Shown: positions 47,765-57,331, counted from the stretch's first letter. The stretch: DNA of 64,000 bases from a virus (IMGVR_UViG_3300037601_000088:32001-96000), one strand, 5' to 3'. Numbers and translations are program-made. Notes: generated by a model not told the origin, from the sequence alone.

Positions 47765-47892
47765 TGGTGACTGATCGCGACTTCGAACCGTTCAACTCTA
47801 GTAGCTATTTCCAGAGTAATTACCATTCCACTCTTCACTTTGAATATTTTTTGCCTAGAATTTATAAACAAAGTTGCAGTAATTGATCAGCC
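47765..47892 (-). ncRNA. 128-nt tRNA-like RNA (acceptor and T arm with a non-tRNA body)
   Basis: GGCTGATC/GATCAGTC-ACCA, GGTTCGAA T-loop, several internal stems. Confidence 0.7.
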
Positions 47893-47902
47893 ATAATTTA
47901 TT

Positions 47903-47976
47903 TGGTGACTTCAATCAGAATCGAACTGATATCTTTCGATTTAGAATCGACTATAATACCATTATACTATAAAACC
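47903..47976 (-). tRNA. amber suppressor tRNA (CTA anticodon)
   Basis: 74-nt cloverleaf; anticodon arm GTCGA-TTCTAAA-TCGAA, T arm ATCAG-TTCGATT-CTGAT, CCA end. Confidence 0.8.
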
Positions 47977-47985
47977 ACCAATTTT

Positions 47986-48327
47986 TTATTCTACCACTTT
48001 AATGATATTAGGGAACATACTCAAAAAACGAACACGAACGCCTGAGGCAGCCAGACAAACTTCCTGATTTTCCAATGATCTTAATTGTGTTTGAACATCG
48101 GCTGAATCAAATTTGAAAAACCAACCATCATCGCGATTTGTAAAATTAACGGGTTCGTTAGTAAGTGCATCTATTGCAGAAACCCTATATCCATCAGCAG
48201 GTCTTACCGTCGATGCTTCCATGATAGTCACACAATATTCATTATATGTCATATGATATTTCATATAATATGTGGCCCCCAACAAAGCCAAAACTACAAC
48301 GCACATTCCAATAATATATTTTTTCAT
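47986..48327 (-). CDS. membrane-anchored conserved phage protein (DUF1523-like)
   Basis: N-terminal TM; N.D..FFKFDSADVQ..G.R..FLSMFPNI motif. Confidence 0.65.
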   Translation of the reverse strand: MKKYIIGMCVVVLALLGATYYMKYHMTYNEYCVTIMEASTVRPADGYRVSAIDALTNEPVNFTNRDDGWFFKFDSADVQTQLRSLENQEVCLAASGVRVRFLSMFPNIIKVVE

Positions 48328-48331
48328 GATT

Positions 48332-48571
48332 TTAAACCCGTGTCATTTCATCTTTTAGTTCACTTAGAACTTCAATTAATTCGTCAATAGATTCAACATC
48401 CATTCTCCATGGCTTTTCAGTTGGAGAAGCGCAGAAAGAAATATTAACTACTACACCTTGCTCTTCATCTTGAGTCGCACCATGAATTTTTAGTTCAGAC
48501 ATATTTTCTAATACAAGTGTCAAACCATCTGAGATATCGGCTTGAATTATATTATTTACATTTACTGGCAT
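48332..48571 (-). CDS. hypothetical protein
   Basis: AAAGGA RBS. Confidence 0.65.
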   Translation of the reverse strand: MPVNVNNIIQADISDGLTLVLENMSELKIHGATQDEEQGVVVNISFCASPTEKPWRMDVESIDELIEVLSELKDEMTRV

Positions 48572-48587
48572 TATTTAATCCTTTCGA

Positions 48588-48995
48588 TTATTTAATTTTA
48601 ATATTTTTAGGCTTTTGTTTTTTAAAACTTAAAGACAAAAGACCATCCATATATGAGACATTTTCGTCAAATTCTTCGGCAATTAAATTTGTATTTAAAT
48701 TATATTCCTTTTTAAGGCCTAATTTACCGTCTAATGCACTTTCAAAAGCAGCCAAAACAATTTTAATATTTTTATTGTAAAGAATTATTTTAATATCTTC
48801 TTTAGCAACTCCTGGAAGAGGTAAAAGAAAAATTTTATTATCCTCATCTTCTTCAACAATAAACTTTGAATTATCATCGCCTTCTTCAATATTAGATTCT
48901 AATTCTTCATAAAAAGAAGATTTAGGAATATCTATATAATTCCATAAAGGATTTACTCCATATTGAAACGGGGGATAATAATCATTACCTATCAT
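48588..48995 (-). CDS. small heat-shock protein (Hsp20-like, divergent)
   Basis: LPGVAKEDIKI and YMDGLLSL..K.IKIK motifs; ATGA overlap with regA. Confidence 0.7.
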   Translation of the reverse strand: MIGNDYYPPFQYGVNPLWNYIDIPKSSFYEELESNIEEGDDNSKFIVEEDEDNKIFLLPLPGVAKEDIKIILYNKNIKIVLAAFESALDGKLGLKKEYNLNTNLIAEEFDENVSYMDGLLSLSFKKQKPKNIKIK

Positions 48996-49441
48996 CTCTT
49001 TTTTCCTATCGTATATTTTGGAATAAACTTCCAATTTTCCTTGTCACTTGCCGGTACAATCTTGACCGACTTTGAATTGATATTGTTTGACACATCTGTG
49101 TCAAGAATTTCACAAAGATCCCATTGCTGAAGGAGATTTGCAATCGTATCCCTTCTTGATACATCTTCTGGTGTTAAGTTAACATCTTTTCCGTCAAAGT
49201 ACAACATTTCTTTGAAATGCATGATAGCATATTGACCTTGTTTATGAAAAACATGGCAAGATTGCCACAAAACACTTTTATCTGATAAAAGTTCTCCTGT
49301 GCTTTTGTCAATATCTTTTCCAGGAATTCCGATACGAGTAAGAGTTTCCCGAATGATATTAAAGCTGTCTTTATCTTTTAGTTTAATTCTAACGCCAAGA
49401 GGTTCACCATTAACCTCAAATAAATCTAATTGTTCGTTCAT
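48992..49441 (-). CDS. regA: translational repressor RegA
   Basis: IRETLTRIG, LWQSCHVFHKQGQYAIMHFKE and KYTIG motifs. Confidence 0.95.
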   Translation of the reverse strand: MNEQLDLFEVNGEPLGVRIKLKDKDSFNIIRETLTRIGIPGKDIDKSTGELLSDKSVLWQSCHVFHKQGQYAIMHFKEMLYFDGKDVNLTPEDVSRRDTIANLLQQWDLCEILDTDVSNNINSKSVKIVPASDKENWKFIPKYTIGKKR

Positions 49442-49442
49442 T

Positions 49443-49799
49443 TTATTCGCCTATTAATTCTTGTATTTGTTTTTCAGACATAAGTAAAATATAATTATGA
49501 GCTAAATCTCTATTGATATTATAAATTCTTGCTATGTCATCTATATATTTATCTGCCTTCTGCTTTTTATTCCATTTAAAAGTTCTTCTATTTTTCTTTA
49601 CTGAATGAAAATAATAATCATAATGAAGATCAGCAGAAACAGAATAGTTATTTATTTCATTTGCTAAAAAAATACTATTTTTATAATTACTAAAATATAA
49701 ATCGGTTAAATAACCGCTAAAGGCTTTGTTTTGATCATACTCCTTACTATTAATTGTGTTAATTACTTTAAATGGCGTATCGTTATTTGAATTTGACAT
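49443..49799 (-). CDS. gp62: clamp loader small subunit
   Basis: Synteny between gp44 and regA; ANEIN..YDYY..RR..KW motif. Confidence 0.85.
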   Translation of the reverse strand: MSNSNNDTPFKVINTINSKEYDQNKAFSGYLTDLYFSNYKNSIFLANEINNYSVSADLHYDYYFHSVKKNRRTFKWNKKQKADKYIDDIARIYNINRDLAHNYILLMSEKQIQELIGE

Positions 49800-50733
49800 C
49801 TACCATTACTTCTGTTAAAAATGCGGCTAAATTAATTTCTTTATTAATGCTATGAGAAGCCTGAAATTGATATTTTGCCAGTAGAATCACCAAATAAGCC
49901 AGGCTTGATTCTTCTACAATATCTGACGCTTCATTATAAAATTTATCAAATATTTCTGTATCTAATATAGAAGAATTATCAGATACCCATTTTCTCATAT
50001 TGTTAAAATCTTGGCCTTTTAGAAAAATCAAAAGCCTACTAAATTCATTACCTATTCTGTTTGAAATCACATCTTTATCTATTTTGCCTAATTTAGACAT
50101 ATGTTGTAATTCCATAAGTATATTACGGAAGTCTAAATTTGATTTTTTGCTTACGATATAATCGGCAACAGACTCTTTATCGAATTCTATATTTTCATTT
50201 TTTAAAATCGATGCTACTACTTTGTAGTATTGTTTCATCAAATTAGGTTTTTCATCATTTCTAATAGAAAAATCAACAAGTGAACATCTGGATTTAATCG
50301 CATCACTCATCATATTGATTTTATTACATGTGAAAATATGACCGCAATTATCGGCATACATTTCAATAAAACCTCGAATAGCATCCTGCGCCTGCTGAGT
50401 GATTCTTTCAGATTCATCCCATATAATATATTTTCTCTTTAAATCAAGAGCCGAGGTCGAGGCAAATGATTGTGCGTTATTTCTTAGATTATCAATATTT
50501 CCATGCATTGACGCATTAATCAATGTATGAGTCGCACCAATATCATTCACCATGGCTAAAGCAGCTGTAGTTTTACCAACACCAGATGAACCATAAAATA
50601 TAAGATTTGTTGAAATTATTTCTTCTTCTATATAAGAAGATAATGCATCTTTAATTCTATTTGGTAAAATACAATCTGATAGTGTATCGGGTCTATATTT
50701 TTCTACCCATACAACATGGTCATTATTCACCAT
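49783..50733 (-). CDS. gp44: clamp loader ATPase subunit
   Basis: WVEKYRP, GVGKTT and SRC motifs. Confidence 0.95.
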   Translation of the reverse strand: MVNNDHVVWVEKYRPDTLSDCILPNRIKDALSSYIEEEIISTNLIFYGSSGVGKTTAALAMVNDIGATHTLINASMHGNIDNLRNNAQSFASTSALDLKRKYIIWDESERITQQAQDAIRGFIEMYADNCGHIFTCNKINMMSDAIKSRCSLVDFSIRNDEKPNLMKQYYKVVASILKNENIEFDKESVADYIVSKKSNLDFRNILMELQHMSKLGKIDKDVISNRIGNEFSRLLIFLKGQDFNNMRKWVSDNSSILDTEIFDKFYNEASDIVEESSLAYLVILLAKYQFQASHSINKEINLAAFLTEVMVDVKFK

Positions 50734-51409
50734 TATAATATGATCCTTTTTTTACTGGTGCAACCCAATAAATCAAATTGTCACTTGAAAACTTGGAAAT
50801 GCCTTTGAATGATAATTCAACATCATAGTCTTTTTTAATCATATTAAATAAGTTAGTATTAAAAACCATTCTGAAATTCTCATCCGTTTCTCCTACTTTA
50901 ATGGAGAAACTATCACTATGCTCTTTATTATTTGATGAATTTAAACTATCAAACGAGGAGAATATAACATCTTTGCCATCACCAGTAAAACAAATATTGT
51001 TTTGGCTTAATACTGTTGTTCCCCTTAAAACGGAAGATAAGGCACTTTCTTCTAATTTAAAAGATACATCAACAGTAGGAAGTTTATGATCTTTTTCATA
51101 CGAAGGAATATTTATAAGGCTTTTCTTAGTTTGCCTATATGTCGCCTTTCTTCCTTTTTCTTTGAATGTAATTAAATCTGGTTGAACATCTAGTTCAGGA
51201 TCTTCAAAAAGTTTGAAAAGTTGAAGAAATGTCGGAAGATTTCCTATACATATGCTTTCCTCAAATTCATCCTCAACTATTGCTTTGGCCACAATTGAAT
51301 CATTATCAATTGGTTTAATTTTTATTACATTTCCTTTTTCAACATATAAATTAACACTTATGTTTGAAAAAGAATGTAATATTGTTAATGTTTCTTTACT
51401 AATTTTCAT
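50723..51409 (-). CDS. gp45: sliding clamp
   Basis: MKISKETL.IL..FS.I N-terminus, YWVA C-terminus; synteny. Confidence 0.9.
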   Translation of the reverse strand: MKISKETLTILHSFSNISVNLYVEKGNVIKIKPIDNDSIVAKAIVEDEFEESICIGNLPTFLQLFKLFEDPELDVQPDLITFKEKGRKATYRQTKKSLINIPSYEKDHKLPTVDVSFKLEESALSSVLRGTTVLSQNNICFTGDGKDVIFSSFDSLNSSNNKEHSDSFSIKVGETDENFRMVFNTNLFNMIKKDYDVELSFKGISKFSSDNLIYWVAPVKKGSYYNGE

Positions 51410-51662
51410 TCTTTTTTTCTTTCAATTTATAACCTTCATCAAAATGATATGCTATACCAATTATAGAAAATATATAGGTAACCCATAACACAATATCTAT
51501 TGACCAATGTAAAAAAGGACCTAAAAACAAAATAAACTTACCAATTAGAAATATTAAAGATATAAAAAATCCAACTTTTAAGCCAATAATTGCAAATCCT
51601 AGTATACTATATGTCAACGTTCCTTTTTTTATTTTAAGGAAATTCAATAATCTTTTTGTCAT
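51399..51662 (-). CDS. two-TM membrane protein
   Basis: Hydrophobic helices. Confidence 0.55.
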   Translation of the reverse strand: MTKRLLNFLKIKKGTLTYSILGFAIIGLKVGFFISLIFLIGKFILFLGPFLHWSIDIVLWVTYIFSIIGIAYHFDEGYKLKEKKNEN

Positions 51663-51664
51663 AT

Positions 51665-52507
51665 CTATTTTTTCTTAATTTTGCTTTTATCCGCCGTAGC
51701 TGATGCACCAATTGAAATAAGATGTGGCAATGATCCCTGAAATTTATATGTACCTATATGACCTAGTCTCATCCATGGTACCATATATATGTTTTTACCC
51801 ATGTTTGATACCTTACGGCAAAACCAATAATCCTCAGACAAGTATCTTTTAGATTCCGGATCAATTTCAGTGTGAAAAAATAATCCTATTTCCCTGGATC
51901 CATCGAAATGTTTTTGTCTTACATGATCAGGTAAATATGAAAGCTCCGGATAAAATTCCTTAAATTCTTCGAGAAGCTTTCTATCAAACATCATAAACCC
52001 AGTTCCTGCTTCGGATACTTTAAATGGTTCATCTGTTTTTATTTGTTTGGTATCAGGATGAAAATTAAAAACGTAATCACCCACATAATTGGCTAATTCG
52101 TTTGGATCTTCATCCGCTCTACCTTTATCAACTGCATCTTTAATTTTTTCAAATGCAATTGTTTTCTTTGAATAAGGTGCACATATTACGTCATAATTTT
52201 CATTTGTACACATTAAGTGTGCTAAAACCAAAACATCCATTGGTTCAAACTGAATATCAGCATCAATGAACATAAAGATTTCATAGTCAGTTCTTAAAAA
52301 AGCATCGACAGAATAATTCCGAGCTCTTTGAACAAGTGATTCATTCATTAAAAAGTATGTTTCCAATGGAATTTGGTATTGAGAACATACTCTTTGAAGG
52401 TTAATTAAGCTCTTGGCCGTTTCACCATAACATAGACCACCATACATTGGCATGCCTATGAAAATTTTCTTTTTTCTTAATTCTTCTAATTCTATTTTAA
52501 CTTCCAA
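51665..52507 (-). CDS. GT-A fold glycosyltransferase-like protein
   Basis: PMYGG, ESLVQRARN, FIDADI, GTGFM and SEDY.FC..H.G motifs. Confidence 0.75.
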   Translation of the reverse strand: MEVKIELEELRKKKIFIGMPMYGGLCYGETAKSLINLQRVCSQYQIPLETYFLMNESLVQRARNYSVDAFLRTDYEIFMFIDADIQFEPMDVLVLAHLMCTNENYDVICAPYSKKTIAFEKIKDAVDKGRADEDPNELANYVGDYVFNFHPDTKQIKTDEPFKVSEAGTGFMMFDRKLLEEFKEFYPELSYLPDHVRQKHFDGSREIGLFFHTEIDPESKRYLSEDYWFCRKVSNMGKNIYMVPWMRLGHIGTYKFQGSLPHLISIGASATADKSKIKKK

Positions 52508-52513
52508 TTATAT

Positions 52514-52894
52514 TCATTCCTCTTTAAATAATCCTTCGGGTTCGTATTCAATAATATCGGCAATTTGGTCAAATGTAAGACCTTCATCATTTAATACAGT
52601 TAATCTATAATATGAATTATATAAACAAAACAAACCTTCACTTTCTTTAAATCCATAGTAATCCATTACTTCAGCAGGCAAAACTGAATATTTATTCAAA
52701 TAATAGTGTTTATTGCCATAACCGATAAATTTAAATTCATCTAATTTTGAAATTTCACAAGCAACTCCTAAACAACAAAATGAATCAAACAGTTTTAGTT
52801 TTCCTCGAGTTTGTTCATATTCACCTGATCGCAATGCTTCTACGAGTTCTTTACGGTGTTGTTTCTGTTGTTCTAATGTGTAAGTCATAATCAA
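52514..52894 (-). CDS. hypothetical protein (ALRSGEYxQ/CCLGV family)
   Basis: Conserved phage motif. Confidence 0.7.
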   Translation of the reverse strand: MIMTYTLEQQKQHRKELVEALRSGEYEQTRGKLKLFDSFCCLGVACEISKLDEFKFIGYGNKHYYLNKYSVLPAEVMDYYGFKESEGLFCLYNSYYRLTVLNDEGLTFDQIADIIEYEPEGLFKEE

Positions 52895-52903
52895 AAACTT
52901 TCT

Positions 52904-53374
52904 TTAAAAATAATAAACGTGAAATTTTATTCTAAAAATATTTTGTAAATCTATCAATATAGATGAAATTATATTCCAATCACCACCAGCTAAGCCAGCT
53001 CCAATTTTTGGAATTGATATAATAGAATTTTCCTTAATATTATTATCAATAATAAATCGTTCAAGACTGGTTCGTAAAGCAGTATAAACGATGCGGACAT
53101 TTCCATCATACCCATAATCATATTGAGTGAAAAGATTGCCTATAATTAAATTATCTTTTTTGTAAGTAATGTGTTGACCCAATAATTTATAATCATCGTC
53201 AAAAGTAGAAACAAAATATGAATATTTTTCATAACATTCAGGATATAAATCCCGAACATATTTAGCAAACCCTGAACCCATTTTACCCATACAATTACAT
53301 CCATGTGCAATAATATTGGGATTATCATCAAACAGATTCTTATTAATCATTTCTAATTCATTAAATTTATCCAT
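52904..53374 (-). CDS. macro domain (ADP-ribose binding/hydrolase) protein
   Basis: AHGCNC.G.MGSG.A and PKIGAGLAGGDW motifs. Confidence 0.88.
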   Translation of the reverse strand: MDKFNELEMINKNLFDDNPNIIAHGCNCMGKMGSGFAKYVRDLYPECYEKYSYFVSTFDDDYKLLGQHITYKKDNLIIGNLFTQYDYGYDGNVRIVYTALRTSLERFIIDNNIKENSIISIPKIGAGLAGGDWNIISSILIDLQNIFRIKFHVYYF

Positions 53375-53376
53375 GA

Positions 53377-53574
53377 TTAAAGCCTGTCGAAAAAATCTTT
53401 AACTAATTCCCGAATTGATGGAATTTCAGAGCTATCAATATTAAATTCTTCAAATAAACCTTCGATACTCATAAGAAATTCATCGGCATCATTTCTTACT
53501 GCTTCTTCATCAATAGGGTCATCATGTTGATAATTGAAAAAAAGATCACTAATATATCCGTTAACTCGTCGCAT
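53377..53574 (-). CDS. small acidic hypothetical protein
   Basis: GGAG RBS. Confidence 0.6.
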   Translation of the reverse strand: MRRVNGYISDLFFNYQHDDPIDEEAVRNDADEFLMSIEGLFEEFNIDSSEIPSIRELVKDFFDRL

Positions 53575-53989
53575 TTTTCTTTCTCCATTTTTCAGTTTTT
53601 TTCAATGCTCTATCTTTTTGAAGTTTGGATACTCTATCAAAAAAACCAATACCTTCAAGCCGATCAACACATATTTGCATTAATGCAGCAGTCATACCAC
53701 TATATCTGTGTGTTTGTACATCACCGTTTGGTGTAGTAAAACGAATGCGTATAGTTTCTGATCTTTTTACTTTTAAATCTATCTCAGGATAATCAGGATC
53801 TTGTTCAATCGAATAAATTATATCATCAGAGGTATAAACTATTTTAGGGTCTTTAGCAATGATAATTGGTTTTGAATTTATGGCAAATCTATTATTTTCC
53901 TTATCCACTACATAATTATAGCCGTTTGTTTGTACCTCTATACAAAGGTCTGCTATGTCCTGTGGTATTTCTTCTTTATTGAACTTCAT
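53561..53989 (-). CDS. peptide deformylase-like protein lacking catalytic motifs
   Basis: P....V.R...I.IRF...G......SG..A..Q...D.L.GI.F.DR scaffold; EGCLS and HExxH absent. Confidence 0.65.
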   Translation of the reverse strand: MKFNKEEIPQDIADLCIEVQTNGYNYVVDKENNRFAINSKPIIIAKDPKIVYTSDDIIYSIEQDPDYPEIDLKVKRSETIRIRFTTPNGDVQTHRYSGMTAALMQICVDRLEGIGFFDRVSKLQKDRALKKTEKWRKKNATS

Positions 53990-55652
53990 ATTCTGAGAAA
54001 CCTTTTATTTTTTCAACTTTAATTGTTCTATCAAAAATGGTATGAGATTTGATATCAGGATTATGTGAGATAAAGATATTATTAATTCCCTCGACTGACC
54101 CAATACAATCCAAAACGCTATTAACATTATCAGAATCAATATTATCGACTAATTCATCTATAATTAACAAATCACAATTAATATTATTGTTCATCTGAGT
54201 AATATGACGAAAAGCCAATAAAATTGCAAGATTAATTCTACTTTTCTCACCCTCTGAGAAAGAATTATATGAAAATTTATCCCTATACCGAGATTTTATA
54301 GTCTCATTAAATTGGCTATCTAACTCAAAGCTTATGAAAAGATTGAATTTTTCTAGATAAGAATTGATAATGTTATTAAAAATAGGAATATAATTATCAA
54401 TTAGAACAGACTTAATGCCATCATCTTTCATCATTGTTATTGCTACATTAAGATTATCTCTTTCTTTTCTATTTTCTGAAAGAGATAGATTAAGTTCTTT
54501 GATTTCTTTATTAACTTCCTTTAATTTTTTATCGATACCTTCATCTTTTTGCTCTTCTTTTTCCTGAAGTTCTTGATAAGAGTCAACTTTATCTTTTAAA
54601 TCATTTATTTTTTCATTAAGAAATTTTTGATTAGATTCCAATGAATGTATTTTTTGAAGAAAATTTTCATATTTTTCAATCACTCTCTCATTTTCTTCAA
54701 TTTTACTTTTAAATTCATCTGATTTTTCACGCCATACTTTTTCTAAATCATCATTAGCCTTATAGAATTTTTCTCTATAATCATCCGAAATATCCTGATG
54801 ACATTTTTCACATTTGCCTTCATCAATAGTTTCTTTTTGTTTCGAATAATATTTAACTTTAGAAAAGGCATCTAAATATTTTGTTTTATAATCTTCTTTT
54901 TCAACTTTAAACTTTTTTATATCAAACCCGTCTATTTTTTCTTTTTTGCTTAATAATTTCTCGTTATTAAGTTTAAAAGTTTCTTCACACTCTTTAATTT
55001 GTTGATTTAAATCATCTATTTTTTCAGAATAGTCGTTTTTTTCAGAAGAAGACGTATTTTGACTATTCAAATAGTCGATCATGTCTTTTTTAGAATCTAA
55101 TTTTACTGTAAGTGTTTGTATATCCGATTTCACATTTGACAAAGACTTTTTGAAATCTTCTGTTATCTTAGAAAAAACAGAAAGATCTAATAAGTGCTCG
55201 ATTACTTCGCGCCGCTGTGGTGTGGATAATTTCATAAACGGTGTAAAAGCGGCCGATCCTAATATGACTATTTGGGAGAAAGTTTTGAAATTAAAACCAA
55301 GTATTTCCTCTAAATGAGATTGGTATGACTTGACATCTGTTTGTTCTATAAGATCTTGATTTTTATAAATTTCAAATTTATTTGGGTTTGTTTGTCTTAT
55401 AACCTTATAGTCATTAAAATGAACTTCACAGTATAGCTTTTTCTTATTAATTGAATTAACTATTTGAGCTTTGTTAATATCTCTGTATGTTCGACCAAAA
55501 AGCCCATATGACAAACCATCAATAATTGCTGATTTACCGGAACCAGAATCACCAAAAATGATGGTATTTTGTACAGAATCAAAATCTATTTCTAAGGGAG
55601 ATGCGCCTATACTTAAAAAATTTTTAAGAATTAGCTTTTTAAATGCTATCAT
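53976..55652 (-). CDS. gp46: recombination ATPase (Rad50/SbcC-like)
   Basis: KNFLS, GSGKS, CEKC hook, FSEGEK and LIIDE motifs. Confidence 0.95.
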   Translation of the reverse strand: MIAFKKLILKNFLSIGASPLEIDFDSVQNTIIFGDSGSGKSAIIDGLSYGLFGRTYRDINKAQIVNSINKKKLYCEVHFNDYKVIRQTNPNKFEIYKNQDLIEQTDVKSYQSHLEEILGFNFKTFSQIVILGSAAFTPFMKLSTPQRREVIEHLLDLSVFSKITEDFKKSLSNVKSDIQTLTVKLDSKKDMIDYLNSQNTSSSEKNDYSEKIDDLNQQIKECEETFKLNNEKLLSKKEKIDGFDIKKFKVEKEDYKTKYLDAFSKVKYYSKQKETIDEGKCEKCHQDISDDYREKFYKANDDLEKVWREKSDEFKSKIEENERVIEKYENFLQKIHSLESNQKFLNEKINDLKDKVDSYQELQEKEEQKDEGIDKKLKEVNKEIKELNLSLSENRKERDNLNVAITMMKDDGIKSVLIDNYIPIFNNIINSYLEKFNLFISFELDSQFNETIKSRYRDKFSYNSFSEGEKSRINLAILLAFRHITQMNNNINCDLLIIDELVDNIDSDNVNSVLDCIGSVEGINNIFISHNPDIKSHTIFDRTIKVEKIKGFSEYEVQ

Positions 55653-56659
55653 ACAGAATACTCATTATATTTTTTGATTATCATATTATAAATGATATCT
55701 TGCTCAATTTCTTCTTGTGAATAAACATATGTTTTAATGATATCATGAATTGGAATATCAATGACTTCATCAGAAGATCTTAATGTTGGATTTTTATACT
55801 TATTCACTGAAATTTGAACACCATAACATAATTCTTCCAACTTTTGAATTGCTTTTTCTTGTTTTTTCTCTTCCAATTTTTCAAGATTAAAGACTTTTAT
55901 ATAACAGTCCTTATAGTATTCTATATCAAATTGTTCATTCTCTTTAGAGAAATCAATATATTTAAAAATGTCATATGGATTATGTATAAACTCGATTTCA
56001 TAGGTTTCTGTATCAAATATGTAAAAGCCTTTAGGATCTTCAACATCGGCCCAGGTTTGTTGTGTGGGCGAGCCTAAATAATGAATAGAACCGCGACTTT
56101 GCCTTGAATGATAATGGCCTGAAAATACTTTTTCAAATTTATCAAGTATTTTCGGCGGCATTCCGTGTTTAGCAACCTGATATTTGTTAAGGTTAAATCC
56201 CTTTAATTCGAAGTGACCCATACAAACAGAATCATTTGAATTTTTGATCAAATTCTGACATTCTTTAAAATTATGTTTGTCTATCCAAGGAATAAAAGTA
56301 ATTCCACCCTCAGACATAGGTTTATCAATAATTGAAATAGCATCATTACATAATAAATTTGGACTATTTACATAATTATCGCCATTAAAATATTGATCAT
56401 GATTTCCTAAAAGAAGATACATCTGAAGTTCATATTCATATAATTTCTTAAAGAAATATTCATTCGCTCTATATAAGGTATAAATGTCTATTTTTTTTCG
56501 TGAATGAAAAAGATCTCCTAAATTTATAATCTCTGAGATTTTTCTCTTTTTTAATTCTGGAAAAAATATTTCGCTAAAAAACTTTTCCATATTATCATGA
56601 AATCTAGGTGAATCACCTCGTACACCAAAGTGAATGTCAGATATTAAAGCAACCTTCAT
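55649..56659 (-). CDS. gp47: recombination nuclease (Mre11/SbcD-like)
   Basis: SDIHFG, LGD, GNHD, GHFE and SGHYH motifs. Confidence 0.95.
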   Translation of the reverse strand: MKVALISDIHFGVRGDSPRFHDNMEKFFSEIFFPELKKRKISEIINLGDLFHSRKKIDIYTLYRANEYFFKKLYEYELQMYLLLGNHDQYFNGDNYVNSPNLLCNDAISIIDKPMSEGGITFIPWIDKHNFKECQNLIKNSNDSVCMGHFELKGFNLNKYQVAKHGMPPKILDKFEKVFSGHYHSRQSRGSIHYLGSPTQQTWADVEDPKGFYIFDTETYEIEFIHNPYDIFKYIDFSKENEQFDIEYYKDCYIKVFNLEKLEEKKQEKAIQKLEELCYGVQISVNKYKNPTLRSSDEVIDIPIHDIIKTYVYSQEEIEQDIIYNMIIKKYNEYSV

Positions 56660-56805
56660 TAAGAATATCTTTTAATTATTTCATTACATTTATCGCGAAT
56701 AAAAACCAGGCGTGATATTAAAGTAGCTCTTAAGCCTGGGTTTCTTTCTTTTTTAACTTGTTCGATTAGGTCAGCCACTGGAGCTGGTAGATAATTATGA
56801 CTCAT
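56659..56805 (-). CDS. small hypothetical protein (48 aa)
   Basis: MSHNYLPAPVADLI..RL.FIRDKC; TAATG coupling to gp47. Confidence 0.55.
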   Translation of the reverse strand: MSHNYLPAPVADLIEQVKKERNPGLRATLISRLVFIRDKCNEIIKRYS

Positions 56806-57331
56806 TTTCTTCTTCTAAAAATTGATCTAAATTATTGGATACTTTTTTAGCCTTTTCTGTTTTCTTTTTTTCAAACTTCTTTTCCAAATCACTTCTCTCA
56901 TAACCATCTGATAAATCAGGCGGTTCTTCACCATTACATATCAAAAGATGGATTTCATTATGCATTTGCTTATATTTTATATAACTTTGTTTATGCTCTT
57001 GATTAATGCGATTAATAAATGCATTATGTATTATTTGCGTAAAATAAGCAAACGGGTTTGGATTTTCTCTGTAAATATCATATTTTTTATCTCTTAAAGC
57101 TTTAATGCAGCTTACAAGAGCGTCATCTTTCATTTCATCTAAGTAAGAATATCCAGCAAATTTGCCTTTTTTACCATAGTTATCTATGATTTGTAAAATG
57201 CCGATTGCTATGAAATTTGGTATTTCATCTTCTTCTGATTCATACCATTCAGAAAGTCTCTTATGAAGTTCAGGACCAGATATATAATCTCTATCTTTAT
57301 TTCTTCTTTGTCTTTTTTTCTTTATTTCCAA
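56795..57331 (-). CDS. gp55: late transcription sigma factor
   Basis: F.GYSY.DEM..D and NPFAYFTQI.HNAF..RI..E motifs. Confidence 0.93.
   Translation of the reverse strand: MEIKKKRQRRNKDRDYISGPELHKRLSEWYESEEDEIPNFIAIGILQIIDNYGKKGKFAGYSYLDEMKDDALVSCIKALRDKKYDIYRENPNPFAYFTQIIHNAFINRINQEHKQSYIKYKQMHNEIHLLICNGEEPPDLSDGYERSDLEKKFEKKKTEKAKKVSNNLDQFLEEENES

Noticed and set aside
47586-47774. Plus-strand 62-aa ORF
   Set aside because: Antisense to the tRNA and tRNA-like genes
36226-51667. Amber-readthrough fusions of adjacent genes at TAG stops 36241, 46617 and 51665
   Set aside because: Downstream starts are out of frame (gaps of 14, 10 and 2 nt)
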